Assembly: GCA_042217695.1 (NCBI GenBank)
Contig: JBDGSE010000041.1
Span: 1 to 46,128, forward strand
Direction of reading: 5' to 3'
Source of the DNA: Candidatus Nanohaloarchaea archaeon
GTDB lineage: Archaea > Nanohalarchaeota > Nanosalinia > Nanosalinales > Nanosalinaceae
Length of the DNA: 46,128 nucleotides
Below, piece by piece: positions 34,051 through 44,502 of this stretch. Each line of letters starts with the position of its first letter. Position 1 is the stretch's first letter. A program made the translations under genes and the position numbers. Under the pieces are notes generated by a model, which searched no databases, had not been told where the DNA came from, and saw only the letters and a program-made list of their open reading frames with translations.

Positions 34051-35283
34051 ATGCGGCTGGATGTGGACCTCCACATACATGGTAAACACTCCGGAGGTGT
34101 CTCCGACCGGATGGAGATACCTGTACTCGCGGATGAGGCCAGGAAAAAGGGGCTGGACGTGGTTGGCTCCGGAGATATACTGAACCCGAAATGGCTCTCG
34201 CACGTCATGGACAGCGTGGAGGGCGAGGGAGTTTACACCCGTGAGGGAACTGACTTTCTGCTTACCACGGAGGTCGAGGACGAGAACCGTGTACACCACC
34301 TGCTCGTATTTCCATCCGCTTCGGCGGTAAAAAACGCGTTCGAGGACTTCAAAAAATACAGCGACGATATCCGGAGAGAAGGGAGACCACGGATCAGGAC
34401 GGGGGGCGAAAAGATAGTTGAGCTGGCGAAGAAACACGACGCGCTCGTGGGGCCTGCCCACGCATTCACTCCGTACACCGCATTGTACGGAAACCACGAC
34501 TCGCTGGAGGAGTGCTACGGTTCCTGGAAGGACGCGATCGACTTTCTTGAACTCGGGCTTTCAGCTGATTCGTCCATGGCCGGGAGGATATCGGACCACG
34601 ACGACCTGGTCTTTCTCTCGAACAGCGATGCGCACTCCCCCTGGCCCCATCGACTGGGCAGGGAGTTCAACCGGATCCAGGTGAGGGAGAAAACTTTCTC
34701 GGGCATCAGGGGAGCCATCTTGAACAGGAACGTGGAACTCAACGTTGGGCTGGACCCGAGAGAGGGAAAGTACCACTGCACCGCCTGCAACTCCTGCTAC
34801 CAGAAATACAGTCTTGAACAGGCGGAGAGATTTGACTGGCGATGTAAAAAATGTGGCGGAGCCCTGAAGAAAGGAGTAAGAGACCGCGTGGACCAGCTGG
34901 CAGATTCCTCGCCGGAGGAGAGGCCGGAGTACCTGCACCTGCCACCGCTCGCGAACATCATAATGGAAGTAGTCGGCCACTCATCTCCCACCACGAAGAC
35001 AGTCCAGCGCATATGGGACGATTTCAACGAGAACCATGGCGCAGAGATAGATGTACTGGTCGAGGAGGATGTGGAATCGCTGAAGGAGACCAATCACGAG
35101 GTCGGTGCAGCTATAAAGAAGTTCCGGGAGGGAGAGACCGTCATGATTCCGGGTGGCGGAGGCGAATACGGAGAAATGGTTATACCGGGAAGCAGGGAGG
35201 AACTGGAGAGAATCCGAGACAGGAGATCGGATGAGATAGACTGTGTGTACAGGAACGACCAGGAGACTCTTGAAAACTTCTAG
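34051..35283 (+). CDS. PHP-domain/Zn-ribbon protein, endonuclease Q (TIGR00375)-like
   Basis: DLHIH, GPAHAFTP, ELGLSAD, SNSDAHS, LGREFN, GKYH, CxxC...CxxC, PGGGGEYG. Confidence 0.92.
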   Translation: MRLDVDLHIHGKHSGGVSDRMEIPVLADEARKKGLDVVGSGDILNPKWLSHVMDSVEGEGVYTREGTDFLLTTEVEDENRVHHLLVFPSASAVKNAFEDFKKYSDDIRREGRPRIRTGGEKIVELAKKHDALVGPAHAFTPYTALYGNHDSLEECYGSWKDAIDFLELGLSADSSMAGRISDHDDLVFLSNSDAHSPWPHRLGREFNRIQVREKTFSGIRGAILNRNVELNVGLDPREGKYHCTACNSCYQKYSLEQAERFDWRCKKCGGALKKGVRDRVDQLADSSPEERPEYLHLPPLANIIMEVVGHSSPTTKTVQRIWDDFNENHGAEIDVLVEEDVESLKETNHEVGAAIKKFREGETVMIPGGGGEYGEMVIPGSREELERIRDRRSDEIDCVYRNDQETLENF

Positions 35284-36224
35284 TTCTCTGATTCCACGGT
35301 TATCCGGGTCGAGCTGGTATCGTAGTAGTTGTAATCCGCGGTTATCTTGATGGTTGCCGTGGTCTTCATCTCCTTACTGCTTATCTTGTTCACCTTGAGC
35401 GAGAAACAGGTCTGGCCGCTGTTGCCGTACATCATCGTCAGGTTCTTCGGTCCACCTATATCGTCGTTGCCGAAGCCGAAGTTCTCTCCCATTGTTTTGA
35501 CCGTGACCTGGAGTTTGTTCTCCAGAGACGACGATTCGATGTAGGTGTTACCCTTCTTGGCGTAGGGATGCAGTACTGTCCCACCACCGACGTTTGTGGC
35601 CTTCACGCAGAACTCCTCCTTCTTGGTGCTGCCGTCTTCCTCGAAGAATACCAGAGGAGACTGGGTGGTTGCGGAGAGCTGTACCGGTCCCCCGGTGTTG
35701 GTCAATGTGGGCTGTGAGTAGCTTACATCCGAGTTATCGAACGTGTCCCTGCTCATTGCCTGGATACTGGTCACTCCCTTGGTCTTGTAGTCGTAGTAAA
35801 CTTTCAGATCAAACGTGTAGGGTGTCGGTACAGGAGCCTCCATCTCTGGCGCCGTCAGCTGCCACTGCACCGGTATCTCGCGTGCCCGTCTTCCCGTGGA
35901 TGGGTTCGCGGGTTCTACCTTGGAATCCACCAGTATGTTCCAGGAGTCTGTTGTCGTCCAGGCGTCTCCGCCTTTCGGTATGTTGTATAGCTTGGCCCGG
36001 ATATCCTTTGCAACTGAACCGCCCTTGTTCTGGATGATAAGTTCCAGGCCGGTCTTCTGATCAGGTCTGACATTAGGACGTGGACTCGAGAAGCTCTTTA
36101 TCACCACTCCCTTCTCCTGGGAGATGGTAACCTGGCTGGAATCCTGGTTTGTGGTCGTGCATCCAGAGACTACCAGAACTAACCCGACAAGTGCAAATGC
36201 CAGTTTGTTGGAGCTGAACTGCAT
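35280..36224 (-). CDS. Lipoprotein, two beta-sandwich domains (paralogue A)
   Basis: Lipobox VVSG|C; YYDYKT...GPVQL and TADYNY motifs. Confidence 0.8.
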   Translation of the reverse strand: MQFSSNKLAFALVGLVLVVSGCTTTNQDSSQVTISQEKGVVIKSFSSPRPNVRPDQKTGLELIIQNKGGSVAKDIRAKLYNIPKGGDAWTTTDSWNILVDSKVEPANPSTGRRAREIPVQWQLTAPEMEAPVPTPYTFDLKVYYDYKTKGVTSIQAMSRDTFDNSDVSYSQPTLTNTGGPVQLSATTQSPLVFFEEDGSTKKEEFCVKATNVGGGTVLHPYAKKGNTYIESSSLENKLQVTVKTMGENFGFGNDDIGGPKNLTMMYGNSGQTCFSLKVNKISSKEMKTTATIKITADYNYYDTSSTRITVESEN

Positions 36225-37069
36225 TAATCGCTCACTAGCTTTATGTTCAGAGTTGGAGCTTTCACGTATTTATAATGTGTGGTGAGCACCAGGTTTCTCA
36301 CGACCCGTGAATCCTCCTTTATCCGGCAGGTGAAGGATACCTCGTTCCCGACAACCGGTTCTCTGCTCGAGGGACAGTTCCGCCATACTTCTGGAGGTTG
36401 ATACTCGAAGCTGTAGTCGGAGACAACCCGGCTGCTCTCTGAACCGGTTTTCCGGATGGTGACGTGTATGTTCTCTCCCTGGAAGCTGGCCGGGTTCTCG
36501 GCGCTCATGGTTCCCCGTACCTCTCCGTTCTTGAAGCTTACCGAGCGCGTCACCGTGTTGTTTATCTGGTCATAGGGTTTGAACTGTATCCGTAGCGGAG
36601 TGCTGCTGACTATCGAAGATCTGTATTTCAGGTAGAAGGTCACGGACTGCTGTTTCGTCTCGAATCCGCCCAGCTTGCTTTCCTTCGGGGCCACGACCTC
36701 CCACTTGCATTTCATCTCGGGGTAAAGACCGTTGTCAGCCGCCTTCATCTCGTCCGGTCGGCACCCCAGCTTGTTCACGGTGAGAAGCCCCGTGTTTATC
36801 ATCCTTTTCGTGAGTACCTCGATGTCTTCTGTATGGTAGTTCTTCAGTCCGACTATTATTACTGCGCGCTGTTGCGGGTTCAGCGTGGAATCGGAGATAT
36901 CGAACCGGGTTATCTCCAGTCCCTTACCCGGCGCTGGCTCTGACGGGGTGTCGGTGTTGTCGCCCGGGGACACCAGACCCCCAGGTATGCGACCGGTCGG
37001 TAACTGTGTGCATCCTGAGGCCGCCACGGTCAGTGCGACCAGTCCGAGGAGAAGAGCCCTATTTTCCAC
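36224..37069 (-). CDS. Lipoprotein (paralogue B)
   Basis: Lipobox AASG|C; GTG start overlapping the upstream stop. Confidence 0.8.
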   Translation of the reverse strand: MENRALLLGLVALTVAASGCTQLPTGRIPGGLVSPGDNTDTPSEPAPGKGLEITRFDISDSTLNPQQRAVIIVGLKNYHTEDIEVLTKRMINTGLLTVNKLGCRPDEMKAADNGLYPEMKCKWEVVAPKESKLGGFETKQQSVTFYLKYRSSIVSSTPLRIQFKPYDQINNTVTRSVSFKNGEVRGTMSAENPASFQGENIHVTIRKTGSESSRVVSDYSFEYQPPEVWRNCPSSREPVVGNEVSFTCRIKEDSRVVRNLVLTTHYKYVKAPTLNIKLVSD

Positions 37070-37961
37070 CGTACATCACCCTTACCTGTCGCGAGCCTAT
37101 ATCTTTGATGTACTTGTAGTCTGCCTGCGCGGATATCTCCCGGATGACGCTGATGGCGTCATTGACCTCCGGATCGTAGCTGCACTGTATCACCTGTGAC
37201 TTGCCTCGGTAAAGGATTATGGAGTCCTCTATATTGCATCCTTGCCCGAGATCTCCAGCGGATACACTTATATCTGCGTTATTGATCTCTATGATGCCTC
37301 TGTACGCGCTTTCTTTAACGTTCCGGTTTATCCAGCGTACCAGGACCTTTATACTGTCGCCTTTTATGAACACCGGGGCTCCGCGTTCAGAACTGCTTCC
37401 TATAGTCTCTATCTGTATTTTTAGAGGCCCTTCGGATGATTTCGAGGTGAGCGAGGGATGCCCTCCCACGTCAGGGTTTTTCTTGATCTGTATCTGGCGG
37501 AAGGCCTGGACAGTATAGTTAAAGGAGGCGGTGAACTTCAGGGGGCACTTGTAACCGTTCAGAGGGACGTTCCCGCTGTACTGTTTCAGTTGCCAGACCA
37601 ATTCTATCTCCTGTCCGGGCCTGAGACGGTAGGCTTCGCCGCCATCTCTGGCCTCCGCCGAAGTCCTCACGACAAAGTTCTGTATCTTGAATATCGGGCG
37701 GCAGTAATCTGTCAGCACTCTCTTGCCCTTTACCTTGCCTATCCCGTTTCCTACTATGAGGGTGGCGTTCAGCTCTCCCGTGTTTTTCAGTCCTAGCCGG
37801 GCGGTAACAGTGCTGCCGGAGTAGATCTTGGAACGACTTAACTCTGGACCGGTCACGCTTATGGCCTTGCTGCCTGTTGACTGCGTGGTGTCGCCGTTGG
37901 TACATCCTGAAAGCAGGAAGAGAACTATCAATAAACTTAAAACTAGTTTTCGATTCTCCAT
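37059..37961 (-). CDS. Lipoprotein (paralogue C), 300 aa
   Basis: MENRKLVLSLLIVLFLLSG|C; start reassigned from 38072. Confidence 0.8.
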   Translation of the reverse strand: MENRKLVLSLLIVLFLLSGCTNGDTTQSTGSKAISVTGPELSRSKIYSGSTVTARLGLKNTGELNATLIVGNGIGKVKGKRVLTDYCRPIFKIQNFVVRTSAEARDGGEAYRLRPGQEIELVWQLKQYSGNVPLNGYKCPLKFTASFNYTVQAFRQIQIKKNPDVGGHPSLTSKSSEGPLKIQIETIGSSSERGAPVFIKGDSIKVLVRWINRNVKESAYRGIIEINNADISVSAGDLGQGCNIEDSIILYRGKSQVIQCSYDPEVNDAISVIREISAQADYKYIKDIGSRQVRVMYGGK

Positions 37962-37971
37962 GTTATAGCCT

Positions 37972-38751
37972 ATGTTAGAGCAAATTAAAAGCTTTATACT
38001 GGGGTCGTTACTGTTCTCACCGGGTTCGGGCCCGGTCTCGATGGTCTTCGCTGCTGTTTTATTCGGCCTCATGGCCCTGCTCGTGGTCTATCCTCTGCTG
38101 TCCTGGTTACGGGTTGAGCCGGATTACAGGCTTTTTCTTGCGGCATCTCCGTTCGTGGTCCTGGCCGCCGCCCTGAACGGCCTGCATGCAAGCGGGCTTT
38201 ACCGGGATATGCTTCTGAGCCGTACGCCTGTCTATACCGGAGTAACGGCTGTGTTTTTACTTTTTACCGCTGCTGCCTGCTGGCTCCAGGATAGAGGTTT
38301 CCCCGAGTACTACAGGCCTGTACTGATGGCTGGACTGGTGCTCAACGGTTTGACAGCAGTCCTCTATCCTCTCCCGGAGTGGGACATATTCGCTGTTTTC
38401 GTCTTGCTTGCAGCCTCCCTGCTGCTTGTCCTCCGTATGTTGCTGAAATACCTGGCGCCGGAGCTCTGGACCCCAGGATTCGTTCTCCCTGTGGGCGCCC
38501 ATTACCTGGATGCCCTTACGACTTTCCTGGTGCTCGGGGGGGGAGGTAAAGAATCCATGTTTGTGGCCTCGATGTTTATTGGATGGCTTGGCCGTGCCGG
38601 GATATTCGTGCTGAAGACACTGGTAGTCGTTCCCGCGGTGCTCTATGTTTTCCTTTACGTCGGGAAAGGGGAGAGGAGGTATCTCCTGGCCGTCATAACG
38701 CTGCTGGGGGCTGTGGCCGCGTTGAGAAACCTTGCGGTGCTGCTGTTCTAG
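37972..38751 (+). CDS. DUF63-family multi-pass membrane protein
   Basis: About 8 TM helices; SPFVVL, AHYLDALTTF, FVLK and GAVAALRN resemble the DUF63 motifs. Confidence 0.7.
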   Translation: MLEQIKSFILGSLLFSPGSGPVSMVFAAVLFGLMALLVVYPLLSWLRVEPDYRLFLAASPFVVLAAALNGLHASGLYRDMLLSRTPVYTGVTAVFLLFTAAACWLQDRGFPEYYRPVLMAGLVLNGLTAVLYPLPEWDIFAVFVLLAASLLLVLRMLLKYLAPELWTPGFVLPVGAHYLDALTTFLVLGGGGKESMFVASMFIGWLGRAGIFVLKTLVVVPAVLYVFLYVGKGERRYLLAVITLLGAVAALRNLAVLLF

Positions 38752-41177
38752 GAGAGTGATATGTCTGCATAGTCTCCTATCTTCTCTTCGGGGCCCTGGT
38801 GTATCATGCATTTCATGCCGCTCTGGAGCACCACCACTCCGCCCTTGGGATGACACTTGCTCTCGAAGGCGTTGTACTTTTCCCGCGGACTTTTGTAGGT
38901 GCTGAGGCTTATTAGCTCAAGGAGAAGGTCTCCGGCGCTCTCTGTAGCACAGCTGAGGGTCCGAGGGTTGAATACCAGCGCCCTGTCTATCTGTCGTGTG
39001 TCTGTCTCCACATGGTTCGTCCAGGCCTTCCGGAACTTGGTCCTGGATTTGCTTTCCTTGCAGAGGATGGGGTCTACCTTCAGGTAGCGTACATCTGACC
39101 TTCTGTGGCCGGGTTCACCGAACTTGCCCTCAACAAGTGCGTCACCGGATTCCGAAGCGGAGGATACTCCGCCCTCGATGTTGTCCATGACCTCCTCCGT
39201 CAGGCCGATTGCCGATCCGGGGGTGGAGGTGTCCCGGGTCAAGGCAGGCTGGGGGATCTGCAGGTATTCTCTCCAGTTCTTGATGGCGTACTCCCCGGTT
39301 TCGATCTGTGCGTCTACCGATGGGGCGTTTATCGGCTCTCCTATAACCCCCCATTTCCGGTCCTCGGGCAGGCTCCTTACGTCACAACCGTTCGCCGCGT
39401 CCGGATGGATGCTGGGGCTGCAGAGGCTCAAGTATTTCCATTCCTGACTGTCGTACTCCCATCCCCCGCTCTCCACCTCTTTGTTGTGGTCCTGGGGTAT
39501 GAGCATCGGGCAGTTCACTCCAAGGCCGCACTTCGAGTTCTTGACGGTGAACTCCCCCAGCCCTTCTTCCTTGAGTACCGTGTAGTTGGCATCCACACGC
39601 ATGAGAAGGGTTTCGCCCGACCTCGATATGCGCTGTGGATGGGAGAGCACCATGGAGCAGTATGCCGGTGAGAGACCCTGCGATTCCGTGAACCAGGAAT
39701 CCTCCTGCAGCATCTTGATGTATTCTATCTGTTCCTGGCTTAACTTGTACGTGTTTTCTCCCACCCTGCGGAGACCTGTGCATTCCGCCCCGGCTACAGC
39801 CTCTTCTACAGGTTCAGAGAGTTTTACGTCGTTCTTGACGGTTTTTACGTCTATGGTGGCTGAGGGATCCTTGATAACCAGGCTCTCTGGATTCAGCCGG
39901 TATTTTATATCGTACTTGGTCTTGACCTCCACTCTAACCGGGAATACATCCGGGTAACGGACACCATTATGCTGGACATAGGTTACCGGAGATTCCACGG
40001 TCACGTAGCTTTTTACAGGTGTATCTGCGGTTTTGGAGGGTTTAAACGAGGGTCGCTCACCTAGCGATTTGAGGTTCTTCCACGACATGGCCTGGAAGTA
40101 GAGCGTGGCCTGCGAGGAATAGTTGTACCGGACCTTGAGATAGGCGCGTGCAGACCATCCGTTCCCCGGCTGCAGGAGTTTACAGTTCTTCAGGTTGATG
40201 GATTCCAGCTTGCCGACAGGCGAGGCGAATCCTCCACCCATTATGGTGCCGGCCGGAAGGTTGAAAACATCGGCATAGGTCCCCTTGACGGTTTTCCAGC
40301 CCGAGCGACAGAGGACTTCCTTCCCCACGGTGCTCGCTCCCTCCACGATTACCTGGAACTTCACTCCCTGGGCAGGTATCCCCTTCATACCGTGGCGAGG
40401 GTTGTAGAGAGAGAAGCTGAGCGGTATCACGTAGTCCTTGGGGCGGTTCACTATATCTATCGGGTAGCCGCTGTTTATCGAGGTATCTTCTATCTGTAAC
40501 CGGTAGCTTTCCCCCCGGTCCTCGTAGCCAGGTCTCCGGGTATGGTTTGCCTGCCACTGCCTCATACAGGCGACGTTGCCGAAACATTTTATCGTCTGTA
40601 TCCCCTGTCGTATCGCGTTTACCTCCTCCTCGAAATCCATTCCAACGAGCTGCAGGCCGAGCTGGTTACCTATCACTGCCCCGTACCCGGAACTTGAGAG
40701 GAAACCGGTCATCAGGAACAGGGCCCCGACTATGAGTAACAGCGGTGATAACTTGAGGGCGGTCTTCAGAAATCCCTTTACAACGCCGGCGGCTCCTGAA
40801 CCGCTGCCTCCGCCGCCCTGGCGTCCTCCGTCCGTGGCAAGTCTGTTGTTTCCGCCACCCATCTTTTTCGTCCGGTCGAACGCGGGGGAGTCAAGCGTCG
40901 GGGTTTCGCCGCTCCCGGTGCCTTCTGCGTTTTTGAACGGGTCGAGGCCGAAGAGATCCAGGTATTCGACATCGAGGAGTGGTATGGCCCCGAATATCAG
41001 CAGGAGTATCTTTTCACCGGTCGACATGTCCTGGAGATGCAGGGGTGGCAGTCCCGGTATCCCCTCAACTCCAATGACCGATTCTGCTATCTCCACCACT
41101 TCCCGGTCCGCGTAAGGTAGCGGTATCAGTCCAAGTATCACGTCCTCGACTTTTCTCTCTATCCATTCAGACGCCAT
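38748..41177 (-). CDS. Membrane-anchored Cys-rich envelope protein (809 aa) containing the same beta-sandwich module as the lipoproteins
   Basis: TM helix at about aa 145-165; VRYNYSSQATL...TPVK and DANYTV motifs; many Cys. Confidence 0.8.
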   Translation of the reverse strand: MASEWIERKVEDVILGLIPLPYADREVVEIAESVIGVEGIPGLPPLHLQDMSTGEKILLLIFGAIPLLDVEYLDLFGLDPFKNAEGTGSGETPTLDSPAFDRTKKMGGGNNRLATDGGRQGGGGSGSGAAGVVKGFLKTALKLSPLLLIVGALFLMTGFLSSSGYGAVIGNQLGLQLVGMDFEEEVNAIRQGIQTIKCFGNVACMRQWQANHTRRPGYEDRGESYRLQIEDTSINSGYPIDIVNRPKDYVIPLSFSLYNPRHGMKGIPAQGVKFQVIVEGASTVGKEVLCRSGWKTVKGTYADVFNLPAGTIMGGGFASPVGKLESINLKNCKLLQPGNGWSARAYLKVRYNYSSQATLYFQAMSWKNLKSLGERPSFKPSKTADTPVKSYVTVESPVTYVQHNGVRYPDVFPVRVEVKTKYDIKYRLNPESLVIKDPSATIDVKTVKNDVKLSEPVEEAVAGAECTGLRRVGENTYKLSQEQIEYIKMLQEDSWFTESQGLSPAYCSMVLSHPQRISRSGETLLMRVDANYTVLKEEGLGEFTVKNSKCGLGVNCPMLIPQDHNKEVESGGWEYDSQEWKYLSLCSPSIHPDAANGCDVRSLPEDRKWGVIGEPINAPSVDAQIETGEYAIKNWREYLQIPQPALTRDTSTPGSAIGLTEEVMDNIEGGVSSASESGDALVEGKFGEPGHRRSDVRYLKVDPILCKESKSRTKFRKAWTNHVETDTRQIDRALVFNPRTLSCATESAGDLLLELISLSTYKSPREKYNAFESKCHPKGGVVVLQSGMKCMIHQGPEEKIGDYADISLS

Positions 41178-42311
41178 CTATCTCTCCACCATCTGTGAAA
41201 GCAGTTTTACGTTGGTGAGCTCATAGGTGCCGTTGCTCGTCAATGTTAACGTGTTTTGCCTGTGTATGTTCTCCGCGGGGACAGGTATGCTGTTAAAGCC
41301 GGGGTCGGGAGTTCTCCTGACCCTGAAACCGTTCAGTTTTACTATCATCTCGCTGTTCGACGGCAACAGGTTGAGGTAGTTAAAGTTGATGTACTCGTTT
41401 GTATCTTCTCTTTTTGCATAGTTCAGTTCCGTCTGGTTCAGTGTAAAGTCGAAGCTGACATGGCCCGGGCTCACAGTCCCTATGTAGCGCACGGTCATGT
41501 CCACGTTTTCAAGACGGTAACGTGCCCCGCCATCTGTTTCAAAACGGATGGTGTTCATGCCGGGGTGTAGCTCCGCGTTCTGCGTGGTTATCCTGACCTC
41601 CTGCGTGGAGCGTACAGTCTTCTGTGAGAAAACAAGGTGGTCGTTCACGTATATCCGGAGGGGTTTTGTCGCGGTCGAGGCGTCCAGCGGGATTGTGAAA
41701 GTCAGGTTCGCGTTTACAAAGTTTCTTACCCAGGGTTCGGCCAGCTGGAAATTGTCCATGTATTCGTGGAATTTCCTGTCGTTGACCGTTATCTCGACGT
41801 CCTCTATCCTGTAGGTCGTGGAGCCCATTATACCTCCCCGGGTGACCCCCACCTCTATAGTGTTGATGCCGGGGTGGAGCCTGTCCTCCGGGATTTTTAT
41901 CTCGGGTGTGCCTGTAACCACCAGTTTCTCCTGGAACACCTTTTTGCCGTTGACTTCCACGTAGAGCGCGCCATCACCTTTTTTCCCGAGTACTTCGAAA
42001 CTCACGTGACCGGATTTCGGGGCGGTTGCGTTGTATTCAAAGGCTATCCTCTGCCCGCCTATGAGACGGTTCCTGAGGATCTGGGTTTCCTGGGTGTAGA
42101 CCTGGATGTCGCCACGGCCCTCGCCAACCGTAAAACTACCGAAGTTGACCGTGTGGAAGTCCTGGTTTGCATCCCCTATCTTGCCGGGGGACTCCTTTAC
42201 GAAGACCATCTTCTCTGGAGTTTTCTGGAAACTCATGCCCTCGGAGGCCACGAACAGGACCCCGAAAACTGCGAGTCCTGCGACGAGCACGACCACAAAG
42301 TTTTCCTCCAT
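41178..42311 (-). CDS. N-terminally anchored beta-sandwich repeat protein
   Basis: N-terminal TM; repeats LHPGINTI, LHPGMNTI and IHRQNTL. Confidence 0.8.
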   Translation of the reverse strand: MEENFVVVLVAGLAVFGVLFVASEGMSFQKTPEKMVFVKESPGKIGDANQDFHTVNFGSFTVGEGRGDIQVYTQETQILRNRLIGGQRIAFEYNATAPKSGHVSFEVLGKKGDGALYVEVNGKKVFQEKLVVTGTPEIKIPEDRLHPGINTIEVGVTRGGIMGSTTYRIEDVEITVNDRKFHEYMDNFQLAEPWVRNFVNANLTFTIPLDASTATKPLRIYVNDHLVFSQKTVRSTQEVRITTQNAELHPGMNTIRFETDGGARYRLENVDMTVRYIGTVSPGHVSFDFTLNQTELNYAKREDTNEYINFNYLNLLPSNSEMIVKLNGFRVRRTPDPGFNSIPVPAENIHRQNTLTLTSNGTYELTNVKLLSQMVER

Positions 42312-42364
42312 GGTAACAGCTTAATGTTCGGAGGTTTTTATTTGTAGGAGATAAAATCGGCGGT

Positions 42365-43348
42365 ATGAAGCTACTGAAAACCGACAGGGGCGACGGTTAT
42401 GCCCGGGTCGAGGTGGAGAACCGGGATGACCTCTGGCACCTGAAAGATCTGATAGCAGAGGGAGACCGTATGAGGGCGGTGACGCAGAGGACGAAGAGCG
42501 ATGGGAGGGAGAAGAAGACCCTGAAGCTGACTCTCGAGGTGGAGAAGACAGAGTACCAGGACGACCGTTTAAGGGTGACAGGCGAGATAAGGAAGGGTGC
42601 TGACGACATCGAGCTCGGATACCACACGTTCAACCTGGAACCCGGCAAGGAGTTCGAGCTCTGGAAAGATTTTACAGATGAGGAGTGGAGCCGTCTGCTC
42701 GAGGCGGAGCAGAAACAGTCCTACCAGGTGCTGTTCTGCCTCATCGAGAAAGGGAAGGCCGATTTCTTCCTTGTCGAGGAATCCGGGATAACCGATCTTT
42801 CCAAACTCGAGGAGAACATCCCCGGGAAGATGTACGCCTCGGACGAAAAGGAAGGCTTTTTCGAAGAGGTCAGGAACGTGATAGACCGTTCGATAGGAGA
42901 TGTGGACTACCTGGTACTGGGAGGTCCTGGCTTCGAGAAGGAGAAACTGAAGAACATGCTTTCCGGTGAAACACTGGAGAAGACGTTTGTAATCGACACC
43001 TCTGTGACCGGTAAAACCGGGTTACACGAGGCCATAAAACGCGGAGCCCTGGAGAGGGTGGTGGAGGACTCCAGGATCGGCCGTGAGACAGAGGTGCTGG
43101 AGGAGTTCTTTGAGAGACTCGAGAAAGAGGACCGCGTGAGTTACGGCGAGACCGTGAGAGACCTGGTGGAGAGAGGCGCGGTTGAGAAACTGATAGTAAC
43201 CGCGGAGAAGAACCGGGAGAACCCTGGACTCGCGGAGAAAGTAGAGCAGAAAGGCGGCGAGGTAGAGGTCATCCATACCGATCACGAGGCTGGCGAGAGA
43301 CTTGAAAACTTCGGGGGGATCGCCGCACTTCTGCGGTACGAGACCTAG
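42365..43348 (+). CDS. pelA: mRNA surveillance / ribosome rescue protein Pelota
   Basis: ENRDDLWHL, RLRVTG, LGYHT, GPGFEK, HEAGERLENFGGIAALLRY. Confidence 0.96.
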   Translation: MKLLKTDRGDGYARVEVENRDDLWHLKDLIAEGDRMRAVTQRTKSDGREKKTLKLTLEVEKTEYQDDRLRVTGEIRKGADDIELGYHTFNLEPGKEFELWKDFTDEEWSRLLEAEQKQSYQVLFCLIEKGKADFFLVEESGITDLSKLEENIPGKMYASDEKEGFFEEVRNVIDRSIGDVDYLVLGGPGFEKEKLKNMLSGETLEKTFVIDTSVTGKTGLHEAIKRGALERVVEDSRIGRETEVLEEFFERLEKEDRVSYGETVRDLVERGAVEKLIVTAEKNRENPGLAEKVEQKGGEVEVIHTDHEAGERLENFGGIAALLRYET

Positions 43349-44469
43349 TCGTTAGGCCGCTCTTCCAGTGTAAGTGGGAGGGTTATCCTTTCTCCGTCAC
43401 GTACCACTGTTACGTTGACCGTCTCTCCAACGGAGACCTCGGTGTTCAGAAAGTTCAAGATCTCCGTTATACCCTCCATCTGTCTTCCGTTTATCGCCAC
43501 GATGATGTCGCCGCCCACGGTCATCTGGTAACCGTTAACCGTGGCGGTACGGTTGCCGCCCTGGATGCCTGCCCTGTCCGCAGGACTTCCCTCCACGACC
43601 TCGATTACAAGGAAGCCTGAGGTCTGGTTGACACCTATGGCCTGGGCAAGGTCTGCGCTCATGGTTCTACCGGAGACGCCTAGCCATGGATGGTCGTAGT
43701 CGCCAGCGGCTATTATGGCTTCTGCGGCTCTTCTAACCGTGTTGGAAGGTATGGCGAACCCTACTCCTGTAAAAGTACCTGTCTGTGTCTGTATTGCCGT
43801 GTTTACGCCTATAACCTCTCCCTGGATGTTGAGCAGAGGTCCGCCGGAGTTACCAGGGTTGATGGCGGCATCGGTCTGCAGTACGTTAGGTATGGAGAAA
43901 CCTCCGGCTACAGAGAGCATCCGGCCTTTCTGGGATATTATACCGGCGGTCATCGAACCTCTGAGACCGAACGGGTTGCCTACTGCGATGGCGGTCTGTC
44001 CCACCTGCACCTTCGAGGAGTTTGCCAGCTCCAGCGGTTTCAGACCTTTCCTGTCGACTTTCAGAACAGCTATGTCCGTGTATTTGTCCTTTCCAACCAG
44101 TTCGGCGTTTAAAGTGACGCCATCGGTAAAGGTCACCTCTATCCTGTTCGCGCCGTCTACAACGTGTTCGTTCGTTATTATGTATCCTTTCTTGCTGTAG
44201 ACGAAGCCGGAGCCCTGCGAGTCTTGCTCCCCATAGGCTGTTACGGAGACCACTGACTGATCCACGTTCTCGAACAGTTCTATGAGACGTTCCTGCCGGG
44301 TCTGGTTTACGTAGACGACTTTCCTCTCCGATTCAAGCTCTTTGACCTGGGCCTGCAGAGAGTCCAGCCGGGAATCCATCATGCTGTATGTGGCGGCTCC
44401 GCCCAGAACGGCGCCGAACAGAAGAACAGCGGCGATACCGAAGTACTCTATCTTGGTTTCCATCTTCAT
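43345..44469 (-). CDS. htrA: Membrane-anchored HtrA/DegP-family serine protease with PDZ domain
   Basis: GSGF, TNEHV, DIAV, QTDAAINPGNSGGPL; PDZ motif GSPADRAG. Confidence 0.95.
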   Translation of the reverse strand: MKMETKIEYFGIAAVLLFGAVLGGAATYSMMDSRLDSLQAQVKELESERKVVYVNQTRQERLIELFENVDQSVVSVTAYGEQDSQGSGFVYSKKGYIITNEHVVDGANRIEVTFTDGVTLNAELVGKDKYTDIAVLKVDRKGLKPLELANSSKVQVGQTAIAVGNPFGLRGSMTAGIISQKGRMLSVAGGFSIPNVLQTDAAINPGNSGGPLLNIQGEVIGVNTAIQTQTGTFTGVGFAIPSNTVRRAAEAIIAAGDYDHPWLGVSGRTMSADLAQAIGVNQTSGFLVIEVVEGSPADRAGIQGGNRTATVNGYQMTVGGDIIVAINGRQMEGITEILNFLNTEVSVGETVNVTVVRDGERITLPLTLEERPND

Positions 44470-44502
44470 GTAGATGGACTGCGGGTCCCAGAATTTTATA
44501 AC

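Noticed and set aside
37962..38072. N-terminal extension of lipoprotein C
   Set aside because: Overlaps the DUF63 gene; the lipoprotein signal starts at MENRK, matching MENRA of its paralogue
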